Part shown: positions 1 to 10,900 of the stretch, piece after piece
Layout: every line of letters starts with the position of its first letter
How positions within the stretch are numbered: position 1 is the stretch's first letter
Assembly: GCF_009914755.1 (NCBI RefSeq)
Contig: NC_060925.1
Reading direction: 5' to 3' (one strand)
Origin: the human T2T-CHM13v2.0 reference genome, Homo sapiens
Length of the DNA: 64,000 nt
Program-made: the position numbers and the translations under genes
The notes under the pieces: generated by a model
The model's database searches: none
What the model was told of the DNA's origin: nothing
What the model saw: the letters and a program-made list of their open reading frames with translations, nothing else

Positions 1-36
1 AGAATTTGCAAGTGGAGATTTCAGCCGCTTTGAGGT

Positions 37-53
37 CAATAGTAGAAAAGGAA
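37..53 (+). promoter_or_regulatory. pJalpha/A-box-equivalent site of the A-type monomer (one per dimer)
   Basis: CAATAGTAGAAAAGGAA lies exactly 171 bp upstream of the CENP-B box at the homologous monomer position. It resembles the pJalpha consensus CTAYGGTGRAAAAGGAA with mismatches. Binding is not shown by the sequence. Confidence 0.65.
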
Positions 54-207
54 ATATCTTCGTAGAAAAACTAGACAGAATGATTCTCAGAAACTCCTTT
101 GTGATGTGTGTGTTCAACTCACAGAGTTTAACCTTTCTTTTCATAGAGCAGTTAGTAAACACTCTGTTTATAAAGTCTGCAAGTGGATATTCAGACCCCT
201 TTGAGGC

Positions 208-224
208 CTTCGTTGGAAACGGGA
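208..224 (+). promoter_or_regulatory. CENP-B box (first of about 188, one per dimer; the last starts at 63772)
   Basis: CTTCGTTGGAAACGGGA matches the 17-bp CENP-B box with all nine core positions (nTTCGnnnnAnnCGGGn). It recurs every about 340 bp (548, 887, 1228 and onward). Confidence 0.97.
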
Positions 225-249
225 TTTCTTCATATTATGCTAGACAGAA

Positions 250-928
250 GAATTCTCAGTAACTTCCTTGTGTTGTGTGTATTCAACTGACAGAGTTGAA
301 CTTTCATTTAGAGAGAGCAGATTTGAAACACTGTTTTTGTGGAATTTGCAAGTGGAGATTTCAAGCGCTTTGGGGCCAAAGGCAGAAAAGGAAATATCTT
401 CGTATAAAAACTAGACAGAATCATTCTCAGAAACTGCTGCGTGATGTGTGCGTTCAACTCTCAGAGTTTAACTTTTCTTTTCATTCAGCGGTTTGGAAAC
501 ACTCTGTTTGTAAAGTCTGCACGTGGAAATTTTGACCACTTAGAGGCCTTCGTTGGAAACGGGTTTTTTTCATGTAAGGCTAGACAGAAGAATTCCCAGT
601 AACTTCCTTGTGTTGTGTGCATTCAACTCACAGAGTTGAACGTTCCCTTAGACAGAGCAGATTTGAAACACTCTATTTGTGCAATTTGCAAGTGTAGATT
701 TCAAGCGCTTTAAGGTCAACGGCAGAAAAGGAAATATCTTCGTTTCAAAACTAGACAGAATCATTCCCACAAACTGCGTTGTGATGTGTTCGTTCAACTC
801 ACAGAGTTTAACCTTTCTGTTCATAGAGCAGTTAGGAAACACTCTGTTTGTAAAGTCTGTAAGTGGATATTCTGACATCTTGTGGCCTTCGTTGGAAACG
901 GGATTTCTTCATATTCTGCTAGACAGAA
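250..928 (+). repeat. Diverged tetramer cassette (two variant dimers, about 680 bp) marking HOR boundaries; 29 copies in the window
   Basis: Diagnostic motifs: CTTTCATTTAGAGAG, TGGGGCCAAAGGCAG, CTGCTGCGTG, CATTCAGCGGTTTGG, TTGACCACTTAG, CATGTAAGG, CGTTCCCTTAGAC, CATTCCCACAAACTGCG. Copies start near 250, 4670, 6705, 10446, 12487, 14527, 17247, 19967, 20986, 23706, 24725, 26425, 27445, 29485, 33225, 35945, 36964, 38323, 41723, 44443, 45462, 49541, 51237, 53279, 55320, 56680, 58040, 61778 and 63474 (last one truncated). Confidence 0.93.
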
Positions 929-1609
929 GAATTCTCAGTAACTTCCTTGTGTTGTGTGTATTCAACTCACAGAGTTGAACGATCCTTTACACAGAGCAGA
1001 CTTGAAACACTCTTTTTGTGGAATTTGCAAGTGGAGATTTCAGCCGCTTTGAGGTCAATGGTAGAAAAGGAAACTATCTTCATATAAAGACTAGACAGGA
1101 TGATTCTCAGAAAATCTTTTGTGATGTGTGCGTTCAACTCACAGAGTTTAACTTTTCTTCTCATAGAGCAGTTAGGAAACACTCTGTTTGTAAAGTGTGC
1201 AAGTGGATATTCAGACCTCTTTGCGGCCTTCGTTGGAAACGGGATTTCTTCATATTATGCTAGACAGAATAATTCTCAGTAACTTCCTTGTGTTGTGTGT
1301 ATTCAACTCACAGAGTTGAAGGATCCTTTACAGAGAGCAGGCTTGAAACACTCTTTTTGTGGAATTTGCAAGTGGAGATTTCAGCCGCTTTGAGGTCAAT
1401 GGTAGAATAGGAAATATCTTCTTATAGAAACTAGACAGAATGATTCTCATAAACTCCTTTGTGATGTGTGCGTTCAACTCACAGAGTTTAACCTTTCTTT
1501 TCATAGAGCAGTTAGGAAACACTCTGTTTGTAAAGTCTGCAAGTGGATATTCAGACCTCCTTGAGGCCTTCGTTGGAAACGGGATTTCTTCATATTCTGC
1601 TAGACAGAA

Positions 1610-1949
1610 GAATTCTCAGTAACTTCCTTGTGTTGTGTTTATTCAACTCACAGAGTTGAAGGATCCTTTACACAGAGCAGACTTGAAACACTCTTTTTGT
1701 GGAATTTGCAAGTGGAGATTTCAGCCGCTTTGAGGTCAATGGTAGAAAAGTAAATATCTTCGTATAAAGACTAGACAGAATGATTCTCAGAAACTCCTTT
1801 GTGATGTGTGCGTTCACCTCACAGAGTTTAACCTTTCTGTTCATAGAGCAGTTAGGAAACACTCTGTTTGTAAAGTCTGCAAGTGGATATTCAGACCTCA
1901 TTGAGGCCTTCGTTGGAAACGGGATTTCTTCATATTCTGCTAGACAGAA
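1610..1949 (+). repeat. Representative basic 340-bp EcoRI dimer (A-type plus B-type monomer)
   Basis: GAATTC starts at 1610 and again at 1950. It contains the A-box-type CAATGGTAGAAAAGTAA and the CENP-B box CTTCGTTGGAAACGGGA 171 bp downstream. Confidence 0.95.
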
Positions 1950-4900
1950 GAATTCTCAGTAACTTCCTTGTGTTGTGTGTATTCAACTCACAGAGTTGAA
2001 CGATCCTTTACACAGAGCAGACTTGAAACACTCTTTTTGTGGAATTTGCAATTGGAGATTTCAGCCGCTTTGAGGTCAATAGTAGAAAAGGAAATATCTT
2101 CGTAGAAAAACTAGACAGAATGATTCTCAGAAACTCCTTTGTGATGTGTGTGTTCACCTCACAGAGTTTAACCTTTCTTTTCATAGAGCAGTTAGTAAAC
2201 ACTCTGTTTATAAAGTCTGCAAGTGGATATTCCGACACCTTTGAGGCCTTCGTTGGAAACGGGATTTCTTCATATTATGCTAGACAGAATAATTCTCAGA
2301 AACTTCCTTGTGTTGTGTGTATTCAACTCACAGAGTTGAAGGATCCTTTACAGAGACCAGGCTTGAAACACTCTTTTTGTCGAATTTGCAAGTGGAGATT
2401 TCAGCCGCTTTGAGGTCAATGGTAGAATAGGAAATATCTTCCTATAGAAACTAGACAGAACGATTCTCAGAAACTCCTTTGTGATGTGTGCGTTCAACTC
2501 ACAGAGTTTAACCTTTCTTTTCATAGAGCAGTTAGGAAACACTCTGTTTGTAAAGTCTGCAAGTGGACATTCAGACCTCTTTGAGGCCTTCGTTGGAAAC
2601 GGGATTTCTTCATATTCTGCTAGGCAGAAGAATTCTCAGTAACTTCCTTGTGTTGTGTGTATTCAACTCACAGAGTTGAACGATCCTTTACACAGAGCAG
2701 ACTTGAAACACTCTTTTTGTGGAATTTGCAAGTGGAGATTTCAGCCGCTTTGAGGTCAATAGTAGAAAAGGAAATATCTTCGTAGAAAAACTAGACAGAA
2801 TCATTCTCAGAAACTCCTTTGTGATGTGTGTGTTCAACTCACAGAGTTTAACCTTTCTTTTCATAGAGCAGTTAGGAAACACTCTGTTTATAAAGTCTGC
2901 AAGTGGATATTCAGACCCCTTTGAGGCCTTCGTTGGAAACGGGATTTCTTCATATTCTGCTAGACAGAAGAATTCTCAGTAACTTCCTTGTGTTGTGTTT
3001 ATTCAACTCACAGAGTTGAATGATCCTTTACACAGAGCAGACTTGAAACACTCTTTTTGTGGAAATTGCAAGTGGAGATTTCAGCCGCTTTGAGGTCAAT
3101 GGTAGAAAAGTAAATATCTTCGTATAAAGACTAGACAGAATGATTCTCAGAAACTCCTTTGTGATGTGTGCGTTCAACTCACAGAGTTTAACCTTTCTGT
3201 TCATAGAGCAGTTAGGAAACACTCTGTTTGTAAAGTCTGCAAGTGGATATTCAGACCTCCTTGAGGCCTTCGTTGGAAACGGGATTTCTTCATATTCTGC
3301 TAGACAGAAGAATTCTCAGTAACTTCCTTGTGTTGTGTGTATTCAACTCACAGAGTTGAACGATCCTTTACACAGAGCAGACTTGAAACACTCTTTTTGT
3401 GGAATTTGCAAGTGGAGATTTCAGCCGCTTTGAGGTCAATAGTAGAAAAGGAAATATCTTCGTAGAAAAACTAGACAGAATGATTCTCAGAAACTCCTTT
3501 GTGATGTGTGCGTTCAACTCACAGAGTTTAACCTTTCTTTTCATAGAGCAGTTAGGAAACACTCTGTTTGTAAAGTCTGCAAGTGGATATTAAGACCTCT
3601 TTGAGGCCTTCGTTGGAAACGGGATTTCTTCATATTCTGCTAGACAGAATAATTCTCAGTAACTTCCTTGTGTTGTGTGTATTCAACTCACAGAGTTGAA
3701 AGATCCTTTACAGAGAGAAGGCTTGAAACACTCTTTTTGTCGAATTTGCAAGTGGAGATTTCAGCCGCTTTGAGGTCAATGGTAGAATAGGAAATATCTT
3801 CTTATAGAAACTAGACAGAATGATTCTCATAAACTCCTTTGTGATGTGTGCGTTCAACTCACAGAGTTTAACCTTTCTTTTCATAGAGCAGTTAGGAAAC
3901 ACTCTGTTTGTAAAGTCTGCAAGTGGATATTCAGACCTCCTTGAGGCCTTCGTTGGAAACGGGATTTCTTCATATTCTGCTAGACAGAAGAATTCTCAGT
4001 AACTTCCTTGTGTTGTGTTTATTCAACTCACAGGGTTGAATGATCCTTTACACAGAGCAGACTTGAAACACTCTTTTTGTGGTATTTGCAAGTGGAGATT
4101 TCAGCCGCTTTGAGGTCAATGGTAGAAAAGTAAATATCTTCGTATAAAGACTAGACAGAATGATTCTCAGAAACTCCTTTGTGATGTGTGCGTTGAACTC
4201 ACAGAGTTTAACCTTTCTGTTCATAGAGCAGTTAGGAAACACTCTGTTTGTAAAGTCTGCAAGTGGATATTCAGACCTCCTTGAGGCCTTCGTTGGAAAC
4301 GGGATTTCTTCATATTCTGCTAGACAGAAGAATTCTCAGTAACTTCCTTGTGTTGTGTGTATTCAACTCACAGAGTTGAACGATCCTTTACACAGAGCAG
4401 ACTTGAAACACTCTTTTTGTGGAATTTGCAAGTGGAGATTTCAGCCGCTTTGAGGTCAATAGTAGAAAAGGAAATATCTTCGTAGAAAAACTAGACAGAA
4501 TGATTCTCAGAAACTCCTTTGTGATGTGTGTGTTCAACTCACAGAGTTTAACCTTTCTTTTCCTAGAGCAGTTAGTAAACACTCTGTTTATAAAGTCTGC
4601 AAGTGGATATTCAGACCCCTTTGAGGCCTTCGTTGGAAACGGGATTTCTTCATATTATGCTAGACAGAAGAATTCTCAGTAACTTCCTTGTGTTGTGTGT
4701 ATTCAACTGACAGAGTTGAACTTTCATTTAGAGAGAGCAGATTTGAAACACTGTTTTTGTGGAATTTGTAAGTGGAGATTTCAAGCGCTTTGGGGCCAAA
4801 GGCAGAAAAGGAAATATCTTCGTATAAAAACTAGACAGAATCATTCTCAGAAACTGCTGCGTGATGTGTGCGTTCAACTCTCAGAGTTTAAGTTTTCTTT

Positions 4901-7900
4901 TCATTCAGCGGTTTGGAAACACTCTGTTTGTAAAGTCTGCACGTGGAAATTTTGACCACTTAGAGGCCTTCGTTGGAAACGGGTTTTTTTCATGTAAGGC
5001 TAGACAGAAGAATTCCCAGTAACTTCCTTGTGTTGTGTGCATTCAACTCACAGAGTTGAACGTTCCCTTAGACAGAGCAGATTTGAAACACTCTATTTGT
5101 GCAATTTGCAAGTGTAGAATTCAAGCGCTTTAAGGTCAATGGCAGAAAAGGAAATATCTTCGTTTCAAAACTAGACAGAATCATTCCCACAAACTGCGTT
5201 GTGATGTGTTCGTTCAACTCACAGAGTTTTACCTTTCTGTTCATAGAGCAGTTAGGAAACACTCTGTAAAGTCTGTAAGTGGATATTCTGACATCTTGTG
5301 GCCTTCGTTGGAAACGGGATTTCTTCATATTCTGCTAGACAGAAGAATTCTCAGTAACTTCCTTGTGTTGTGTGTATTCAACTCACAGAGTTGAACGATC
5401 CTTTACACAGAGCAGACTTGAAACACTCTTTTTGTGGAATTTGCAAGTGGAGATTTCAGCCGCTTTGAGGTCAATGGTAGAAAAGGAAATATCTTCGTAT
5501 AAAGACTAGACAGAATGATTCTCAGAAACTCTTTTGTGATGTGTGCGTTCAACTCACAGAGTTTAACCTTTCTGTTCAGAGAGCAGTTAGGAAACACTCT
5601 GTTTGTAAAGTCTGCAAGTGGATATTCAGACCTCCTTGAGACCTTCGTTGGAAACGGGATTTCTTCGTATTCTGCTAGACAGAAGAATTCTCAGTAACTT
5701 CCTTGTGTTGTGTGTATTCAACTCACAGAGTTGTACGATCGTTTACACAGAGCAGACTTGAAACACTCTTTTTGTGGAATTTGCAAGTGGAGATTTCAGC
5801 CGCTTTGAGGTCAATGGTAAAAAAGGAAATATCTTCGTATAAAGACTAGACAGAATGATTCTCAGAAACTCCTTTGTGATGTGTGCGTTCAACTCACAGA
5901 GTTTAACCTTTCTGTTCATAGAGCAGTTAGGAAACACTCTGTTTGTAAAGTCTGCAAGTGGATATTCAGACCTCCTTGAGGCCTTCGGTGGAAACGGGAT
6001 TTCTTCATATTCTGCTAGACAGAAGAATTCTCAGTAACTTCCTTGTGTTGTGTGTATTCAACTCACAGAGTTGAACGATCCTTTACACAGAGCAGACTTG
6101 AAACACTCTTTTTGTGGAATTTGCAAGTGGAGATTTCAGCCGCTTTGAGGTCAATGGTAGAATAGGAAATATCTTCCTATAGAAACTAGACAGAATGATT
6201 CTCAGAAACTCCTTTGTGATGTGTGCGTTTAACTCACAGAGTTTAACCTTTCTTTTCATAGAGCAGTTAGGAAACACTCTGTTTGTAAAGTCTGCAAGTG
6301 GATATTCAGACCTCTTTGAGGCCTTCGTTGGAAACGGGATTTCTTCATATTCTGCTAGACAGAAGAATTCTCAGTAACTTCCTTGTGTTGTGTGTATTCA
6401 ACTCACAGAGTTGAACGATCCTTTACACAGAGCAGACTTGAAACACTCTTTTTGTGGAATTTGCAAGTGGAGATTTCAGCCGCTTTGAGGTCAATAGTAG
6501 AAAAGGAAATATCTTCGTAGAAAAACTAGGCAGAATGATTCTCAGAAACTCCTTTGTGATGTGTGTGTTCAACTCACAGAGTTTAACCTTTCTTTTCATA
6601 GAGCAGTTAGTAAACACTCTGTTTATAAAGTCTGCAAGTGGATATTCAGACCCCTTTGAGGCCTTCGTTGGAAACGGGATTTCTTCATATTATGCTAGAC
6701 AGAAGAATTCTCAGTAACTTCCTTGTGTTGTGTGTATTCAAGTGACAGAGTTGAACTTTCATTTAGAGAGAGCAGATTTGAAACACTGTTTTTGTGGAAT
6801 TTGCAAGTGGAGATTTCAAGCGCTTTGGGGCCAAGGGCAGAAAAGGAAATATCTTCGTATAAAAACTAGACAGAATCATTCTCAGAAACTGCTGCGTGAT
6901 GTGTGCGTTCCACTCTCAGAGTTTAACTTTTCTTTTCATTCAGCGGTTTGGAAACACTCTGTTTGTAAAGTCTGCACGTGGATATTTTGACCACTTAGAG
7001 GCCTTCGTTGGAAACGGGTTTTTTTTCATGTAAGGCTAGACAGAAGAATTCCCAGTAACTTCCTTGTGTTGTGTGCATTCAACTCACAGAGTTGAACGTT
7101 CCCTTAGACAGAGCAGATTTGAAACACTCTATTTGTGCAATTTGCAAGTGTAGATTTCAAGCGCTTTAAGGTCAACGGCAGAAAAGGAAATATCTTCGTT
7201 TCAAAACTAGACAGAATCATTCCCACAAACTGCGTTGTGATGTGTTCGTTCAACTCACAGAGTTAAACCTTTCTGTTCATAGAGCAGTTAGGAAACTCTC
7301 TGTTTCTAAAGTCTGTAAGTGGATATTCTGACATCTTGTGGCATTCGTTGGAAACGGGATTTCTTCATATTCTGCTAGACAGAAGAATTCTCAGTAACTT
7401 CCTTGTGTTGTGTGTATTCAACTCACAGAGTTGAACGATCCTTTACACAGAGCAGACTTGAAACACTCCTTTTGTGGAATTTGCAAGTGGAGATTTCAGC
7501 CGCTTTGAGGTCAATGGTAGAAAAGGAAACTATCTTCTTATAAAGACTAGACAGAATGATTCTCAGAAAATCTTTTGTGATGTGTGCCTTCAACTCACAG
7601 AGTTTAACTTTTCTTCTCATAGAGCAGTTAGGAAACACTCTGTTTGTAAAGTCTGCAAGTGGATATTCAGACCTCTTTGAGGCCTTCGTTGGAAACGGGA
7701 TTTCTTCATATTATGCTAGACAGAATAATTCTCAGTAACTTCCTTGTGTTGTGTGTATTCAATTCACAGAGTTGAAGGATCCTTTACAGAGAGCAGGCTT
7801 CAAACACTCTTTTTGTCGAATTTGCAAGTGGAGGTTTCAGTCGCTTTGAGGTCAATGGTGGAATAGGAAATGTCTTCTTATAGAAACTAGACAGAATGCT

Positions 7901-10900
7901 TCTCAGAAACTCCTTTGTGATGTGTGCGTTCAACTCACAGAGTTTAACCTTTCTTTTCGTAGAGCAGTTAGAAAACACTCTGTTTGTAAAGTCTGCAAGT
8001 GGATATTCAGACCTCCTTGAGGCCTTCGTTGGAAACGGGATTTCTTCATATTCTGCTCTACAGAAGAATTCTCAGTAACTTCCTTGTGTTGTGTGTATTC
8101 AACTCACAGAGTTGAACGATCCTTTACACAGAGCAGACTTGAAACACTCTTTTTGTGGAATTTGCAAGTGGAGATTTCAGCCGCTTTGAGGTCAATGGTA
8201 GAAAAGGAAATATCTTCGTATAAAGACTAGACAGAATGATTCTCATAAACTCCTTTGTGATGTGTTCGTTCAACTCACAGAGTTTAACTTTTCTTTTCAT
8301 AGAGCAGTTAGGAAACACTCTGTTTGTAAAGTCTGCAAGTGGATATTCAGATCTCTTTGAGGCCTTCGTTGGAAACGGGATTTCTTCATATTATGCTAGA
8401 CAGAAGAATTCTCAGTAACTTCCTTGTGTTGTGTGTATTCAACTCACAGAGTTGAACGATCCTTTACACGGAGCAGACTTGAAACATTCTTTTTGTGGAA
8501 TTTGCAAGTTGAGATTTCAGCCGCTTTGAGGTCAATGGTAGAATAGGAAATATCTTCCTATAGAAACTAGACAGAACGATTCTCAGAAACTCCTTTGTGA
8601 TGTGTGCGTTCAACTCACAGAGTTTAACCTTTCTTTTCATAGAGCAGTTAGGAAACACTCTGTTTGTAAAGTCTGCAAGTGGATATTCAGACCTCTTTGA
8701 GGCCTTCGTTGGAAACGGGATTTCTTCATATTCTGCTAGACAGAAGAATTCTCAGTAACTTCCTTGTGTTGTGTGTATTCAACTCACAGAGTTGAACGAT
8801 CCTTTACACAGAGCAGACTTGAAACATTCTTTTTGTGGAATTTGCAAGTGGAGATTTCAGCCGCTTTGAGGTCAATGGTAGAATAGGAAATATCTTCCTA
8901 TAGAAACTAGACAGAACGATTCTCAGAAACTCATTTGTGATGTGTGCGTTCAACTCACAGAGTTTAACCTTTCTTTTTATAGAGCAGTTAGGAAACACTC
9001 TGTTTGTAAAGTCTGCAAATGGATATTCAGACCTCTTTGAGGCCTTCGTTGGAAACGGGATTTCTTCATATTCTGCCAGACAGAAGAATTCTCAGTAACT
9101 TCCTTGTGTTGTGTGTATTCAACTCACAGAGTTGAATGATCCTTTACACAGAGCAGACTTGAAACACTCTTTTTGTGGAATTTGCAAGTGGAGATTTCAG
9201 CCGCTTTGAGGTCAATAGTAGAAAAGGAAATATCTTCGTAGAAAAACTAGACAGAATGATTCTCAGAAAATCTTTTGTGATGTGTGCGTTCAACTCACAG
9301 AGTTTAACTTTTCTTTTCATAGAGCCGTTAGGAAACACTCTGTTTGTAAAGTCTGCAAGTGGATATGCAGACCTCTTTGAGGCCTTCGTTGGAAACGGGA
9401 TTTCTTCATATTATGCTAGACAGAAGAATTCTCAGTAACTTCCTTGTGTTGTGTGTATTCAACTCACAGAATTGAACGATCCTTTACACAGAGCAGACTT
9501 GAAACATTCTTTTTGTGGAATTTGCAAGTGGAGATTTCAGCCGCTTTGAGGTCAATCGTAGAATAGGAAATATCTTCCTATAGAAACTAGACAGAACGAT
9601 TCTCAGAAACTCCTTTGTGATGTGTGCGTACAGCTCACAGAGTTTAACCTTTCTTTTCATAGAGCAGTTAGGAAACACTCTGTTTGTAAAGTCTGCAAGT
9701 GGATATTCAGACCTCTTTGAGGCCTTCGTTGGAAACGGGATTTCTTCATATTCTGCTAGACAGAAGAATTCTCAGTAACTTCCTTGTGTTGTGTGTATTC
9801 AACTCACAGAGTTGTACGATCCTTTACACAGAGCAGACTTGAAACACTCTTTTTGTGGAATTTGCAAGTGGAGATTTCAGCCGCTTTGAGGTCAATAGTA
9901 GAAAAGGAAATATCTTCGGAGAAAGACTAGACAGAATGATTCTCAGAAACTCCTTTGTGATGTGTGCGTTCAACTCACAGAGTTTAACCTTTCTTTTCAT
10001 AGAGCAGTTAGGAAACACTCTGTTTGTAAAGTCTGCAAGTGGATATTCAGACCTCTTTGAGGCCTTCGTTGGAAACGGGATTTCTTCATATTCTGCTAGA
10101 CAGAAGAATTCTCAGTAACTTCCTTGTGTTGTGTGTATTCAACTCACAGAGTTGAAAGATCCTTTACAGAGAGCAGGCTTGAAACACTCTTTTTGTCGAA
10201 TTTGCAAGTGGAGATTTCAGCCGCTTTGAGGTCAATGGTAGAAAAGTAAATATCTTCGTATAAAGACTAGACAGAATGATTCTCAGAAACTCCTTTGTGA
10301 TGTGTGCGTTCAACTCACAGAGTTTAACCTTTCTGTTCATAGAGCAGTTAGGAAACACTCTGTTTGTAAAGTCTGCAAGTGGATATTCAGACCTCCTTGA
10401 GGCCTTCGTTGGAAACGGGATTTCTTCATATTCTGCTAGACAGAAGAATTCTCAGTAACTTCCTTGTGTTGTGTGTATTCAACTGACAGAGTTGAACTTT
10501 CATTTTGAGAGAGCAGATTTGAAACACTGTTTTTGTGGAATTTGCAAGTGGAGATTTCAAGCGCTTTTGGGCCAAAGGCAGAAAAGGAAATATCTTCGTA
10601 TAAAAACTAGACAGAATCATTCTCAGAAACTGCTGCGTGATGTGTGCGTTCAACTCTCAGAGTTTAACTTTTCTTTTCATTCAGCGGTTTGGAAACACTC
10701 TGTTTGTAAAGTCTGCACGTGGAAATTTTGACCACTTAGAGGCCTTCGTTGGAAACGGGATTTTTTCATGTAAGGCTAGACAGAAGAATTCCCAGTAACT
10801 TCCTTGTGTTGTGTGCATTCAACTCACAGAGTTGAACGTTCCCTTAGACAGAGCAGATTTGAAACACTCTATTTGTGCAATTTGCAAGTGTAGTTTTCAA

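Noticed and set aside
520-525. E-box CACGTG in the cassette, and palindromic restriction sites (AGGCCT, AAGCGCTT)
   Set aside because: These short motifs are expected by chance and are amplified with the repeat. Nothing in the sequence supports a regulatory role.
275-535. Cys-rich 86-aa ORF with CxxC-like motifs suggesting a zinc finger
   Set aside because: The cysteines arise from TGT/TGTG-rich satellite sequence. There is no gene context and no sign of coding constraint.
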